Origin: Octopus vulgaris
Taxonomy: Eukaryota
NCBI GenBank assembly: GCA_951406725.2
Contig: OX597820.1
Location: forward strand, 113,522,001-113,586,000
Direction of reading: 5' to 3'
DNA: 64,000 bases
Positions within the stretch are counted from its first letter, which is position 1. Each line of letters starts with the position of its first letter. This document shows, one piece after another, positions 39,153-53,499 of the stretch. The position numbers and the translations under genes were made by a program. The notes under the pieces were generated by a model that made no database searches, was not told the DNA's origin, and saw only the letters and a program-made list of their open reading frames with translations.

Positions 39153-39882
39153 GGATTTTTAAACATTGAATGACGATGGGGGGTCCACCCGAGTGAAATG
39201 GGAGGTCCAGAGATGTTAAAAGGTTGAGAACCTCTGTTCTAACAGCACAGCTTCACATAATTGATGATTGAAGACATCCTGCTTCGCAACCACAGTAGGA
39301 TGATGGCAGTTTGAAATATTGGTCGATAATAAAAAATATATATACATGCAACACTTCAACATTCTTATATCCGCTTATCTCTCAGTATATTTTCTTTTAT
39401 TTGTGTGAAGACATTATGCATGTATAACTTTGTTCTTCGATCGAATTTTTAGGGAAATGAGATTTTTTAAGTCACCTTGTTTACTATATTCTTTATTCAA
39501 AACTCAGAACGTTAAGAAAAATGTTTATATTTAATCTAGAATTATTTATTGCTTTCTTCTGTCTTATTTTTCTTTATCTTTCTACGAATGAATAATTTTC
39601 CTTTTTATTTAACTGAAACCATAACTATTACAACATTGTTTCTCCCATGTATAAACATGTGCCTTTGCTCTTTGTTGTCTTTTGGGAGTCGAATTGACAA
39701 ACGTTAAAACTTTGAATGAAATCCCCTGCGGTTTTTGTTCTGGGTTCAAATTCTGATTGAGCCAAATTTTCTTTTCACGCTCTGGAGTCAAATTAAACTA
39801 GCAGAGATAATGGAACATTCGAGAAAACGCTTTGGAGCTTTGTTATGTTTTTTAGGTTTTTTTTTTTTTTTTGCTATCTTTT

Positions 39883-39930
<48 letters not shown>

Positions 39931-40749
39931 TTAGACAAGATGGAAGGTAATGCCCCTGGCCATTTATAGGACCTCCCAAACTTACGGGAGAGAAGAATGA
40001 AAGTAAATTCAAACTAGTGGCCTAACCTGAATTCTTGCGACGGAGTGAACTCCATTAAAGGTACTCAATGTGCCAGATGGTGGTGTTAAGCCGGGCGACG
40101 CCTTAAGTCCACCATTCAAGTATGTCATGGCGGTATTTCAACTCAGAACGCAAAACCCGAAACAAACACCATGAGGTATCCGATCCGACGTTCTTACAGC
40201 TCCTCCAATCCATCTGCCTGAATTGGTACGTTTTTATCGACCCCGGGAAAAAATAAAAGTAAAGCTGGCCTGGGCAAGACTTGAACTCTGAGCGCGGAGA
40301 GTCGGAACAGTTATCAGGAAGTATTTTACCCGAAGCTCTAACGCAGAGTTGTCAAATTCGTTTGACTTTGCTAGCCGGATAGAAGCTGTTTAAACAGGGA
40401 CTCAATGCTGTGTAAGTAGTGCTCCAGCATGGCCACAGTCACGTAGCTGAAACGAATAAAAGGATAAAAGAATATTCATTCTGCATACGTTCCAGGTGAT
40501 TCGAACGTAAATGTAATTATCGCTGTTGTATTTTGTCAACTTATTTCTCATTTGTATAACTCCGCCATAAACACTCTGTCGTTTACTCCTCCTCCTCCTC
40601 CTCCTCCTCCTCCTCCTCCTCTTCCTCTCACATTATGAAGCTGCTGCTTGGTTGTTTGTTTGTTGAGCGAAACGGTCTTCGTCCCAGAGCTCGCAAGATC
40701 GCGCCTCAGGAATGTCTGTAGTGGGAGAAGTCCGAAACGTGGTCCTTTG

Positions 40750-41056
40750 CTATTCGTAAGACCCGCAGAAGAGAGAGCAGGTCAACCCCTGACACCGAGA
40801 GCATCGACGGATGGATGAATGCGCATCCAGGCTCAGCGGTTGCGTAGGAAATCGGGGATAAGAAACAGGAAGAAAGAGTGAGAGAAAGTTGGAGCTAAAG
40901 TGTACAACAGGGGTCGCCACCACCCCCTGCCGGAGCCTCGTGGTACTTTGGGTGTTTTCGCTCAATAAACACACACAACGCCCGGTTTGGGAATCGAAAC
41001 CGCGATCCTCCGACCGCGAGTCCGTTGCCCTAACCATTGGGCCATTGCGCCTCCAC
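40750..41056 (-). mobile_element. tRNA-derived SINE family C
   Basis: Minus-strand head ggcgcaatggcccaatggttagggcaacggactcgcggtcggaggatcgcggtttcgattccc (A and B boxes) plus a unique body. Confidence 0.75.
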
Positions 41057-41544
41057 TGCTGCTGCTACCGCTATTGCTACTACTACTACTACTACTATTA
41101 CAACTACAACAATAATTAATATTACTGTTACAACTACTTCTACTACTACAACAACTACGATGATGACAACAGCAACAACAACTACTACTACTACTATTAA
41201 TACTGTTGCTACTGCTGCTACTACTACTACTAAATGCAATAACAAAGGGGATACCAATCTGATCCTCAAACGCGATTACTACCATGAGCCAAAGTCTCCA
41301 AGCTGTCACTCGACCTGCTGGAAATAACTGTCAGTCCTGATGGTCACGGATGAAATGGATTGCGTTTATCCATAGGCCTGCTTTGTCAAAACTGGCCTCG
41401 GATGAAACAACAATAACCTCAAAACCAGGAATAACCACAGTCACAACAACAAAAGTCCCCATTCCACTACTGCTGCTCCTGCGGCTGCTGCTACCGCTGC
41501 CGCTGCCGCTGCTGCTACTGCTGCTGCTAATACTACTGTCGATT

Positions 41545-41578
<34 letters not shown>

Positions 41579-41940
41579 GGAGGAGGAGGAGGAGGAGGAG
41601 GAGATTGTTGCTACTACTGTAATAACAATAGATGTTTGTATTTTTAAATGCGAGATCATAAGTTTAAATGCCAAAATCGTGTCGAATACGGCTTTGACTG
41701 AGGAGAAAAAAAATGTTATTTTATTCAACAGACAAAGATTGGGAAACACCACGAAAGTCACTCCAAGTTCAGCCACACTGAAACCTTCAAAAGATGACAT
41801 TCTCTCATATGGATCATTAACCGTTGCCATTTCCAACTGTCATATAACTGTCGATCGAGGCAGAGAGGGAAAGTCACTAGTAGTGGTATTCTGGATTATG
41901 TGTGTGGGATGGGTTAGAAGTTTGTATGTGTTTGTGTGTG

Positions 41941-42065
41941 TACCAGGGGGTGCTGAAAGTTCCTGGTTTTGGTTAAAAGAAAATATAGGAGGATCGTTTA
42001 ATTATGATTTTATCCAACATATTTACCTCTCAGATTCACTCATTCTTTGCAGTGGTCCTACTAGC
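41941..42065 (+). mobile_element. mariner-derived MITE fragment (left TIR)
   Basis: tac(c/g)agggggtgctgaaagttcctg; body matches 51245-51325. Confidence 0.7.
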
Positions 42066-42380
42066 ATCTTCTAGCTTTCTAACCAGGTCTCCTTCTTTCC
42101 TAAATTCTTCTAACACTATTTCTTTACTAAAACCCTACCGCCTCTACTCAAATATCCCTTTCCGGGGTTAGCCACCATGGGTTGTTGACGATTGCACCCG
42201 ACAACTTCCAATGACGCACACAGCAACTAGTCTAAAAACACCACCTTAGCTATTGCTCTCATCCAGGACCTCCAACGGGCTATCCGGGTCCACGAGGCTT
42301 ACCCGTACCTTGAGATCCAAGCCTTTTCTAAACAAAACATCCACTGCGCCTCTCATCCCAGCATTGAGCAGCAGTCATGA
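42066..42380 (-). mobile_element. Tx1/L1-like AP-endonuclease fragment
   Basis: Minus strand GAVDVLFRKGLDLKVRVSLVDPDSPLEVLD...GVFRLVAVCV resembles GVA-x-LFR...DP-x-GR...FRL-x-x-VYAP. Confidence 0.5.
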
Positions 42381-42814
42381 CGTCAGAATTTTGGGAACCA
42401 GAGTGAATCATCATGATGCAGGTAACTCATTCCTTATATTTAGATGGCTTCCAATCCTCCATGTCAGCTAACATTTTCTCAACTACTCCTTTAATCTTTA
42501 TGCTCTCCAATGCCGTTGAATGGAGCTGATTCTCAAAAAAGATGACATATAAAATCACCAAATTTAACCTGAATACCTTCTAAGGCTACATTTGATAATG
42601 TAGTGTTAGATACAAGGAAACCTGAAAAATAAGACAAGATGGTCGTGGCGCGCATGTTTAGGATTTACGTGGATTTGGTCATGGCTTACGAGGGGCTAGA
42701 CAACAAGAACACCAGAATCCAACAACACAACTATAAGTCCACGATCCTTACCCCACAATCACGTCAAGACAACCACTTCACAAAAAATACCTAAACACTT
42801 CAGTAAGACAGACA

Positions 42815-42885
42815 ACCACACTGCAACTACCACCAACCACACTGCAACTACCACCAACCACACTGCAACTACCACCAGCCACACT
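42815..42885 (+). repeat. 21-bp minisatellite, 3 copies
   Basis: accacactgcaactaccacca repeated. Confidence 0.85.
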
Positions 42886-42922
42886 ACTGCTGTCACATCA
42901 CCGACAAACAGACAAATAGACA

Positions 42923-44440
<1,518 letters not shown>

Positions 44441-44559
44441 CAAGAGAGTGGGGAGGCATGGTCTGTGAGATTATTTTCGTGTTTGTGTGTGTATGTTTAA
44501 ATGTGCGCCTGAGTGATTGTGCGAATGACGAAATGCGTAAGACAGTGTTTAAATGTCAG

Positions 44560-44720
44560 AGGCCATGCCATAGCCGAGAGGGTTAAGACGCTCGCTTCAC
44601 AAGCATGAGAACACGGGTTCAGATCCACTGATGGTTTTTTGAGCACGTCTTTTTAATACGGCCTCAACTCAAGTTTGTGTCTGAAATTGATAGGGTGGAA
44701 ACTATAAAAGTCAGTCTTGT
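44560..44720 (+). mobile_element. Diverged tRNA-derived SINE head
   Basis: tagccgagagggttaagacgctcgct...cacgggttcagatccc (A/B-box-like). Confidence 0.45.
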
Positions 44721-44987
44721 TACATTCCACTTATAGCACTGAATTAATATAAGTTCACGAATGTCTGCGGTGCACTCATCCACTTACTCTTTACTTTACG
44801 TACTGGGTAATTCAAATGATAAAATAATTGATATCCATTAACCATGTAGTTTTATGTCAATGCGTATGTGTGGTATATTTCGTTGCTTCTAAATGAAAGC
44901 GTGTGACGTGAGTATATTTCGTTTCTGTCTTCCACTGTAATCTCATTCACTTGTAACAAGCATCCCAATACAATAATATAAATGTTA

Positions 44988-45778
44988 CTTGCTTGCTTGC
45001 TTACTTGGTAGGTTGCTTGCTTGGTAGATTGCTTGATTGGTTGGTTGGTTGGTTGGTTGGTTGGTTGGTTGGTTGGTTGGTTGGTTGGCTGCTTGGTAGG
45101 TTGGTTGATTGGTTGATTGGTTGGTCGGTAGGCTGGTTGGCTGCTTGGTTGGTTGGATGGTTGGATGGTTGGATGGCTGCTTGGTTAGTTGGTTGGTTGG
45201 TTGGCTGGTTGGTTGGTTGGTTGGTGGTTGGTTGGTTGGTTGGTTGGCTGCTTGGTTGGTTGGTTGGTTGGTTGGCTTGTTGGTTGGTTGGCTGGTTTGT
45301 AGGTAGGTTGGTTGATTGATTGGTTAGATGGTTAGATGGTTGGTTGGTTGGTTGGTTGGTTGGTTGGTTGGTTGGTTGGTTGGTTGGTTGGTTGGTTGGT
45401 TGGTTGGCTGCTTGGCTGGTTGGTTGATTGGTTGGTCGGTAGGTTGGTTGGCTGCTTGGTTGGTTGGATGGTTGGATGGTTGGATGGCTGCTTGGTTGGT
45501 TGGTTGGCTGCTTGGTTGGTTGGTTGGTTGGATGCTTGGTTGGTTGGTTGGTTGGTTGGTTGGTTGGTTGGTTGGTTGGTTGGTTGGTTGGTTAGTTGGT
45601 TGGTTGGTTGGCTGGTTTGTTGGTTGGTTGGTTGGTTGGTTGGTTGGTTGGTTGGTTGGTTGGTTGGCTGGTTGGTTGGTTAGTTGGTTGGTTGGTTGGT
45701 TGGTTGGTTGGTTGGTTGGTTGGTTGGTTGGTTGGTTGGTTGGCTGGTTGGTTGGTTGGTTGCTTGATTGGTTGGTTC
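44988..45778. repeat. (TTGG)n tetranucleotide array
   Basis: Direct reading; source of the WLVG ORFs. Confidence 0.97.
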
Positions 45779-47023
45779 ATTGATTTCTCCAGCCGTGCTT
45801 TACATTATATAGAGAGGGAGAAAGAGAGAGAGTACAAGGAGATAGAGAGAGAGTTAACATAAGAGTTGTACAATTTTAAATGAAATGTTGCAGAGACTGG
45901 TATTTCAACAGAACAATAGAACAGATTGCAATTATGTAGATATAAAATTTACAAATATAGTAACATACGAGCAAAATGACCCCCGTCCAATGGACGGTGC
46001 TGAGTTGTCAAACATTTAAACCAAATTTTCTCAAAACAACTTGTCCGACCGTCCCATAGGCCTCCCCTTTGAGAAACACTGATTTAACCTAAATTTGAGA
46101 CACCAGCAAAAGAAAAAATAAGGATAGACTTTTTTTCTATTCCAAAGAAAAACGATTTTATTCACATAAATATGCAACCGAAGAGTTTAAAGTACCAGTA
46201 AGTACATCGCAACAGTTGCTGTACTTACGCGTACAAATGCACGTTCCCACGGCTTTATCGATCTCATTCTCACCTGGAATCGATTTTTGTAATTTTTTCA
46301 AGACTTATACACGCCCTGATATCGTCGGTATCTACATGTCAAATTTGAGCGCAATCGGATGGAGGATGCCCGAGATCCTAGAAGACACACACACAGACAG
46401 ACAGAACGGATTTTATATAATAGATATTCATTGCAAATATACAAGTACGAAATTTGTTTTTATCTAATCTTAGTTAAGGTAATAATTTTTTTTCTTTTTC
46501 GTTTGTTGAAAACTAAGTATTCATTTCATAATTTTGAATAAACACCAAGAAGTTTGATAGAAGTTAAATTATAATAATTGTATGTTACGCCATTTCCCCC
46601 GATATTACGCATGGTGGCAAAACTATACTTCCTAAGTTACTCGATATACTTCCTAAGTTACTCTAGTTTGATACTTTATTTTATCTAAATAAAGATAGGT
46701 GAAAGGCAATGTTGACTTCGGCGGGATTTGAACACAGAACGCAAGTGTCTGTATCTAAATACATTCCGCAAACCCTTTGGTCCGAAGTTCTACCGATTCT
46801 TTCAAATCCACTATCCATTTCTATGATTATGTGTGCTCTTACGCAGAATTAATTGATCGTCAGCGCTTGGATTGGTATTTCATTTAGGTTTATGAGTGTG
46901 TGCGGGTATTTGTTGTATAGAAGACAGAGATAGAAATAAATGGATGGATGGAAGAATGGATGGAAGAATGGATGGATGGATGGATGGATGGAAAGATGGA
47001 AAGATAGATAGATAGATAGATAG

Positions 47024-47082
<59 letters not shown>

Positions 47083-47361
47083 TTTCATTATTGTCCACGT
47101 AGGGCTGAACACAGATTGGACAAATAAAAATGTAGAGCTTTTCTTTTCGAAAATGAAAAAAGGGAGGAAAATAAGTAAAAAAAAAAGTAATATTCCGATC
47201 AAAAGGGATCGGGAAAGAAAACGATCAAAAGGGATCGTGTATAACAGAAGAATTTTAAAGATGTAAAAAGTGAGCTTAGGTTTATCAGTTGATAGAAAAG
47301 CCTACGGAAAAGACCACGGTAACCTCAGGCAGGGCGGGGATAAACACATGATAGCAAAGTG

Positions 47362-47487
<126 letters not shown>

Positions 47488-47552
47488 TACAGGATCATGC
47501 TCAAAGTGGTTTCGTACTCGCACGCACCATCTTTGCTACATTCACCCACGGT

Positions 47553-48825
47553 AACGTTATAAGGTGTAGGGACGTTATAATGTGTAGGTGACGTTATAAG
47601 GTATAGGGACGTTATAATGTGTAGGTGGCGTTATAATGTGTAGGTGGCGTTATAAGGTGTAGGTGACGTTATAATGTGTAGGTGACGTTATAAGGTGTAG
47701 GGATGTTATAATGTGTAGGTGACGTTTTAAGGTGTAGGGACGTTATAATGTGTAGATAACGCTATAAGGTGTAGGGATGTTATAATGTGTAGGTGACGTT
47801 ATAAGGTGTAGGGATGTTATAATGTGTAGGTGACGTTATAAGGTGTAGGGAGGTTATAATGTGTAGGTGACGTTATAAGGTGTAGGGACGTTATAATGTG
47901 TAGATAACGCTATAAGGTGTAGGGATGTTATAATGTGTAGGTGACGTTATAAGGTGTAGGACGTTATAATGGTAGATAACGCTATAAGGTGTAGGGATGT
48001 TATAATGTGTAGGTGACGTTATAAGGTGTAGGGATGTTATAATGTGTAGGTGACGTTATAAGGTGTAGGGATGTTATAATGTGTAGGTGACGTTATAAGG
48101 TGTAGGGACGTTATAATGTGTAGATAACGCTATAAGGTGTAGGGATGTTATAATGTGTAGGTGACGTTATAAGGTGTAGGGACGTTATAATGTGTAGATA
48201 ACGCTATAAGGTGTAGGGATGTTATAATGTGTAGGTGACGTTATAAGGTGTAGGGATGTTATAATGTGTAGGTGACGTTATAAGGTGTAGGGATGTTATA
48301 ATGTGTAGGTGACGTTATAAGGTGTAGGGACGTTATAATGTGTAGATAACGCTATAAGGTGTAGGGATGTTATAATGTGTAGGTGACGTTATAAGGTGTA
48401 GGGACGTTATAATGTGTAGATAACGCTATAAGGTGTAGGGATGTTATAATGTGTAGGTGACGTTATAAGGTGTAGGGATGTTATAATGTGTAGGTGACGT
48501 TATAAGGTGTAGGGATGTTATAATGTGTAGGTGACGTTATAAGGTGTAGGGACGTTATAATGTGTAGATAACGCTATAAGGTGTAGGGATCTTATAATGT
48601 GTAGGTGACGTTATAAGGTGTAGGGATGTTATAATGTGTAGGTGACGTTATAAGGTGTAGGGACGTTATAATGTGTAGATAACGCTATAAGGTGTAGGGA
48701 TGTTATAATGTGTAGGTGACGTTATAAGGTGTAGGGACGTTATAATGTGTAGGTGACGTTATAAGGTGTAGGGACGTTATAATGTGTAGGTGTCGTTATA
48801 AGGTGTAGGTGACGTTATATTGTGT
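47553..48825 (+). repeat. Minisatellite of alternating 18- and 19-bp units (37-bp dimer) with a 222-bp higher-order repeat
   Basis: gttataaggtgtaggga(c/t) + gttataatgtgtaggtgac; the variant agataacgctat recurs at spacings 148,72,148,74,148,74,148,111. Confidence 0.95.
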
Positions 48826-49257
48826 GGGTAAGGATTGGGTAATATTACATTATATTACTGACAATGTATTGTGCAAGTGATACATTTTGTGTGTAACATG
48901 GTCACGTATCGGCCACTTGATACTGTGTGGATGTTTGGGAATTATATTCATAATATTTTATTGCGTGTCTAATATTGTAATGTACATAGCAGTTCTATTT
49001 CTATTGTTGACGTCACAGTGTACGAGATAAGTTGTGTGTATAGCATCGAGAATAAGACATGCAGAGTTGCTCCCACTAGAGCAGTTCAAAAGGGTAGATT
49101 ATTAAATTTGAATCTGGTCGAAGGTATCAATAATGATCTGCAACAGTAACACAGGAAGTGTCTCTATATATCAGTAGTTGTCATTGCTGGTTACTATCTG
49201 TTATAAACTTGTCGTTTGTGTGATTGAAGGAAGAGGTGGAAGTGAACGTTAGCCGTG

Positions 49258-49341
<84 letters not shown>

Positions 49342-49420
49342 CGTTTCTTCCATAATTAATGCTATTATTATTTGTTTGCAGAGAGACAATATCACTACGA
49401 TACACAACCACTCCAAGCTC

Positions 49421-49467
<47 letters not shown>

Positions 49468-49501
49468 CATCATCATCGTCAATAATAATAATAATAATAA
49501 T

Positions 49502-49574
<73 letters not shown>

Positions 49575-49576
<2 letters not shown>

Positions 49577-50060
49577 GAGAGAAAGCAACCATACTCTGGG
49601 ATATGCCGATACACACAGACAGAGAAATTAAGGCCAACAGACCAGATATAGTTGTCAGAGATCATGAAGAAAAAAAATGCTTTTTAATTGATGTATCAAT
49701 ACCGGCAGATGACAACGTGTCTCTAAAAGAAATGGAGAAACTCTCAAAATACAAAGACCTGGAAATAGAGGTAACTAGAATGTGGAATCTGAAAACAGAA
49801 ACAATTCCTATCATAGTAGGTGCATTAGGCATGATAAAAAAATATTCAGACAAATACATAACAAAAACACCAGGACTTACAAACACATATAACATACAGA
49901 AAATTGCACTACTAGGCACTGCCCACATCCTACGCAGAACACTTTCCATACAATAACCATCAGAGCATCACAACAAATCACAGCACATACCCAAGGCACA
50001 CAGAGCTGCGCTCGGTAGTGAAGTGAAAGCACGCTATAAAAATAAAAATAAAACTACTGA
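49575..50060 (+). mobile_element. R4/Dong-clade LINE 3' end (open RLE endonuclease frame plus 3' UTR) inserted in (AAT)n
   Basis: ILWDMPIHTDREIKANRPDIVV...CFLIDVSIP...EKLSKYKDL...IIVGALG...IQKIALLGTAHILRRTL; (AAT)n at 49481-49574 and 50060-50155. Confidence 0.95.
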
Positions 50061-50087
50061 ATAATAATAATAATAATAATAATAATG

Positions 50088-50154
<67 letters not shown>

Positions 50155-50155
<1 letters not shown>

Positions 50156-50345
50156 CCTTTCTACTATAGGCACAAGGCCTAGAATTTGAAGGAAGGGGGA
50201 TAATCATTCACACTGACCCCAGTACTTGACTGGTACTTAATTTATCGACCCCGAAGTCGACCTCGGCAGAATTTGAACGTAGCGACGGGCGAAATACCAC
50301 TTAGTATTTTGTCAACGTGGTAACGATTCTGCCGGCTCGCCACCT
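50155..50345 (-). mobile_element. SINE family A with internal deletions
   Basis: ctggtacttaatttatcgaccccgaagtcgacctcggcagaatttgaa...gccggctcgcc. Confidence 0.85.
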
Positions 50346-50632
50346 TAATTCAAAACGTAGCGACGGACGAAATACTACGAAGCATTTCTGGATGCAAACG
50401 AAAACCACATTGTGAGATATTCATGCATCAGAAACATGTGTCGGGCAGATTGATATTAAATACACTATAAAACTCATTGGAACAACAAAAAATGTATAAT
50501 TCTCATTATTGTTTGAATTGTCTTGGATGCAAACATATGTGTGTGTATACAAGTTGTAATCCATGCTGGATCCTCGAGAAATGCATATGTATATTCATGT
50601 GAATCCAATATATATATATAAATGCATGAAAT

Positions 50633-50858
50633 GCGGCGAGCTGGCAGAACCGTTAGCACGCCGGGTGAAATGCGTAGCCGTATTTCGTCTGCCGTTACAT
50701 TCTGAGTTCAAATTCCGCCGAGGTCGACTTTGCCTTTCATCATTTCGGGGTATATAAATTAAGTACCAGTTACGCACTGGGGTCGATGTAATCAACTAAA
50801 TCACTTTGTCCGTCCTTGTCTATCCCCTCTGTGTTTAGCCCCTTGCGGGTAATAAAGA

Positions 50859-50860
<2 letters not shown>
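50633..50860 (+). mobile_element. Full-length SINE family A
   Basis: Near-identical to 32633-32863. Confidence 0.92.
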
Positions 50861-50947
<87 letters not shown>

Positions 50948-51231
50948 GATTTATTTTAAATGAGATATGCCTAGCATTGAGGTTTTTGGTGAATTCTATT
51001 TGCATATCAAAACTGAAAACTGGAAAAATTAACCTTAACTCTTCAGACAGAGATTCAAAAGTAATATTATTTTTAGTATTATTTTTTAATCTTTACCTGA
51101 AGGGTTACGGTTAGCAGATTTAATCCCTTTTTTTTTTTTTTTTTTACAAGTACCTCCCGTTCTGTAATGAAACATGTGTAACATAGAATTAAAAATATAT
51201 CAACTTTTCCAGTTTTCTTTTTTGATATATA

Positions 51232-51430
51232 TGAGGGAAAAAGTAAATACAGGAGGATCAGTTAATTATGATTTTATTCAATATATTCCTCTCTTAGATT
51301 CACACACTTACCGCAGCGGCCCCTCAGTTTTTTTTTTTTAATCCCTGTTAAAGAACTCGGAAGGTTGGGTCCCCAACCAGGCCTTTCGCGACACTCTTAA
51401 AGTCAGGAACCTTTCAGCACCCCCTCGTAT
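51232..51430 (+). mobile_element. mariner-derived MITE (right TIR ending cagcaccccctcgta)
   Basis: Right end is the reverse complement of the TIR at 41941; TA flank. Confidence 0.7.
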
Positions 51431-51499
51431 AAATATATTGTGTGCGTGTGCCAGTTACCGTTTACATTGCATGTAAGCGACCAAGATTAAAACAATCCC

Positions 51500-52260
51500 T
51501 TGAAGGGGACGCCGGTACAAGGGCGGTAGCAAAAGATATTAGTGATGTGGAAGGGCTAGGAACTGTGGTGTAAACGTTTCAAGGAAGATGACACCAGCCT
51601 TGAAAACAAACCAAGGACAAAGAGACCTTTTGTTGTGGAAAATATAGCCTTGCCTCAAATTATTGAACAACAGCCTAGCATAAGTACCTGTACATTGTCA
51701 GCAGAAATTGGTCCTCCATAAAATGTCATCAATCGACACCTCCATATGCTCGACCTTGTGAACATTTGCAAACAACTGCTGGGAAATACCCACTAAGGTA
51801 CCAGTTTTTAGCATCGAATTGTAATCGGGGATGAAACAATGGATCTATTTTTGTTATAGCAGAAATCAGTGGCTTCGTTCCGAACCTTTTGTCAAACAAG
51901 AATGGTTTGAACAGGTCATGTCGTATGTTTGGTGGGATTTCAATGGGTTATTGGACTTTGAGCGTGTTCCAGATGATTCTGCAGTGAGCGTTAACATTTA
52001 GCCTCTACAACTACAACGAGTGTATGATGATTTGAAAGTCTGCTACACGGCATTGGTCAACCAAAAACGGGTACCTCTACAGCATGACAATATTCCAGCA
52101 CACATTGTGACCAATGTGACCAAGAGAAAATTTGAGGAACTTGAGGGGCTGGACGTTCTGCCTCACCCTTTCCCACAGTCCAGAACTTGTACCATCAGAT
52201 GGCTCTTTTCCTGCTGGGACAGAGTTTCGACAATATAGAAGAGATTGAAAATGGGTTTAG
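51500..52260 (+). mobile_element. Degenerate mariner transposase
   Basis: WCKRFKEDDTSLENKPR, RIVIGDET, MSYVWWD, LQHDNIPAH, LDVLPHP. Confidence 0.88.
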
Positions 52261-52334
52261 GGAGTGATTTAAGCATGGATTTGAGTTATGCATGTATGTA
52301 TGTATTATGTATTATTGTATCATACACACACACA

Positions 52335-52389
<55 letters not shown>

Positions 52390-52644
52390 TATGCATATTG
52401 ATCGTTCTTAAGAATTATATACAAATATATGTATGCTCTTTGGTAATGATTTCTTAATAAAAGAAACGTAAAGTTAGAAGCGATTCTCTTCCCTTAAGTA
52501 GCACGCTCTATCTTTTGAATAGCAATTCCTAGTAATTGCACCAAGTGTGAGTGTGTATGTATGTATGTATGTATGTATGTATGTATGTATGTATGTATGT
52601 ATGTATGTATGTATGTATGTATGTATGTATGTATGTATGTATGT

Positions 52645-52842
52645 ATGTATATAATTAAGAGAAATAGCCTCTATTAAGTAATTCAATAGTGAAAGACTAT
52701 CTATATCAAAGAAAAATTTAAATATACTGTAATAAATATTATAATATTTATTATAGTATATTTGAATTTTTCTATATGATATAGATAAAGTCTTTCACCA
52801 TTGAATTACTTAATAGAGGTTATTTCTCTTAATTATATACAT
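52645..52842. repeat. ~195-bp loopless, slightly diverged palindrome
   Basis: gtatataattaagagaaata...aataaatatta|taatatttatt...tatttctcttaattatatac, centre at 52741/52742. Confidence 0.92.
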
Positions 52843-52933
52843 ATATATTATATATTGTGAAATTTGATTTGGAATTGCTAAATTGAATTTTTCCTTGTAA
52901 GTTTGGAATTATATTCCCTACTATTATATATAT

Positions 52934-53026
<93 letters not shown>

Positions 53027-53123
53027 TTAGAGATAAAACCACTATTATGCAACTCAAACAGTGATAGACATAAGCCAATACATAAATAACAAATAATATA
53101 TATATATATTAATATGATATATA

Positions 53124-53155
<32 letters not shown>

Positions 53156-53224
53156 GTATGTATATATATACATATATATTCAAAAAGTATAAAATGAATG
53201 ATGAATATAATATAATAAGTAAAA

Positions 53225-53326
53225 ACACTACGTACGTTTCATGGCTATAATTAAATTCGAATTACAATTAAGTTTAAATCCAATTGAAATAAATTCGAAC
53301 TAAAATTATAGTCAATCTTCAGGTTT
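53225..53326 (-). ncRNA. Type-I hammerhead motif with a long AT-rich stem II
   Basis: Minus strand: ac CTGAAGA t tgactataatt...aattatagcca t GAAAC GTAC GTA gt; palindromic ACGTACGT stem III; stem I is short. Confidence 0.62.
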
Positions 53327-53499
53327 ATGATAATAGTTAAATAAATAAGCAAATAGAGTTGGGTTTGACAAAATAATGAAAACAAGTAGCATCATAGCAC
53401 CACAATTTTTAAATATCTATAAAACCGTTAAAAAGTTTATTTTAATGTTTTTTTTTTATTTATTATTAATGTTACTTAACTATGTTTTTGCTAAAATTG

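Noticed and set aside
47553-48825. Possible CRISPR array
   Set aside because: No unique spacers and no cas genes; eukaryotic tandem repeat
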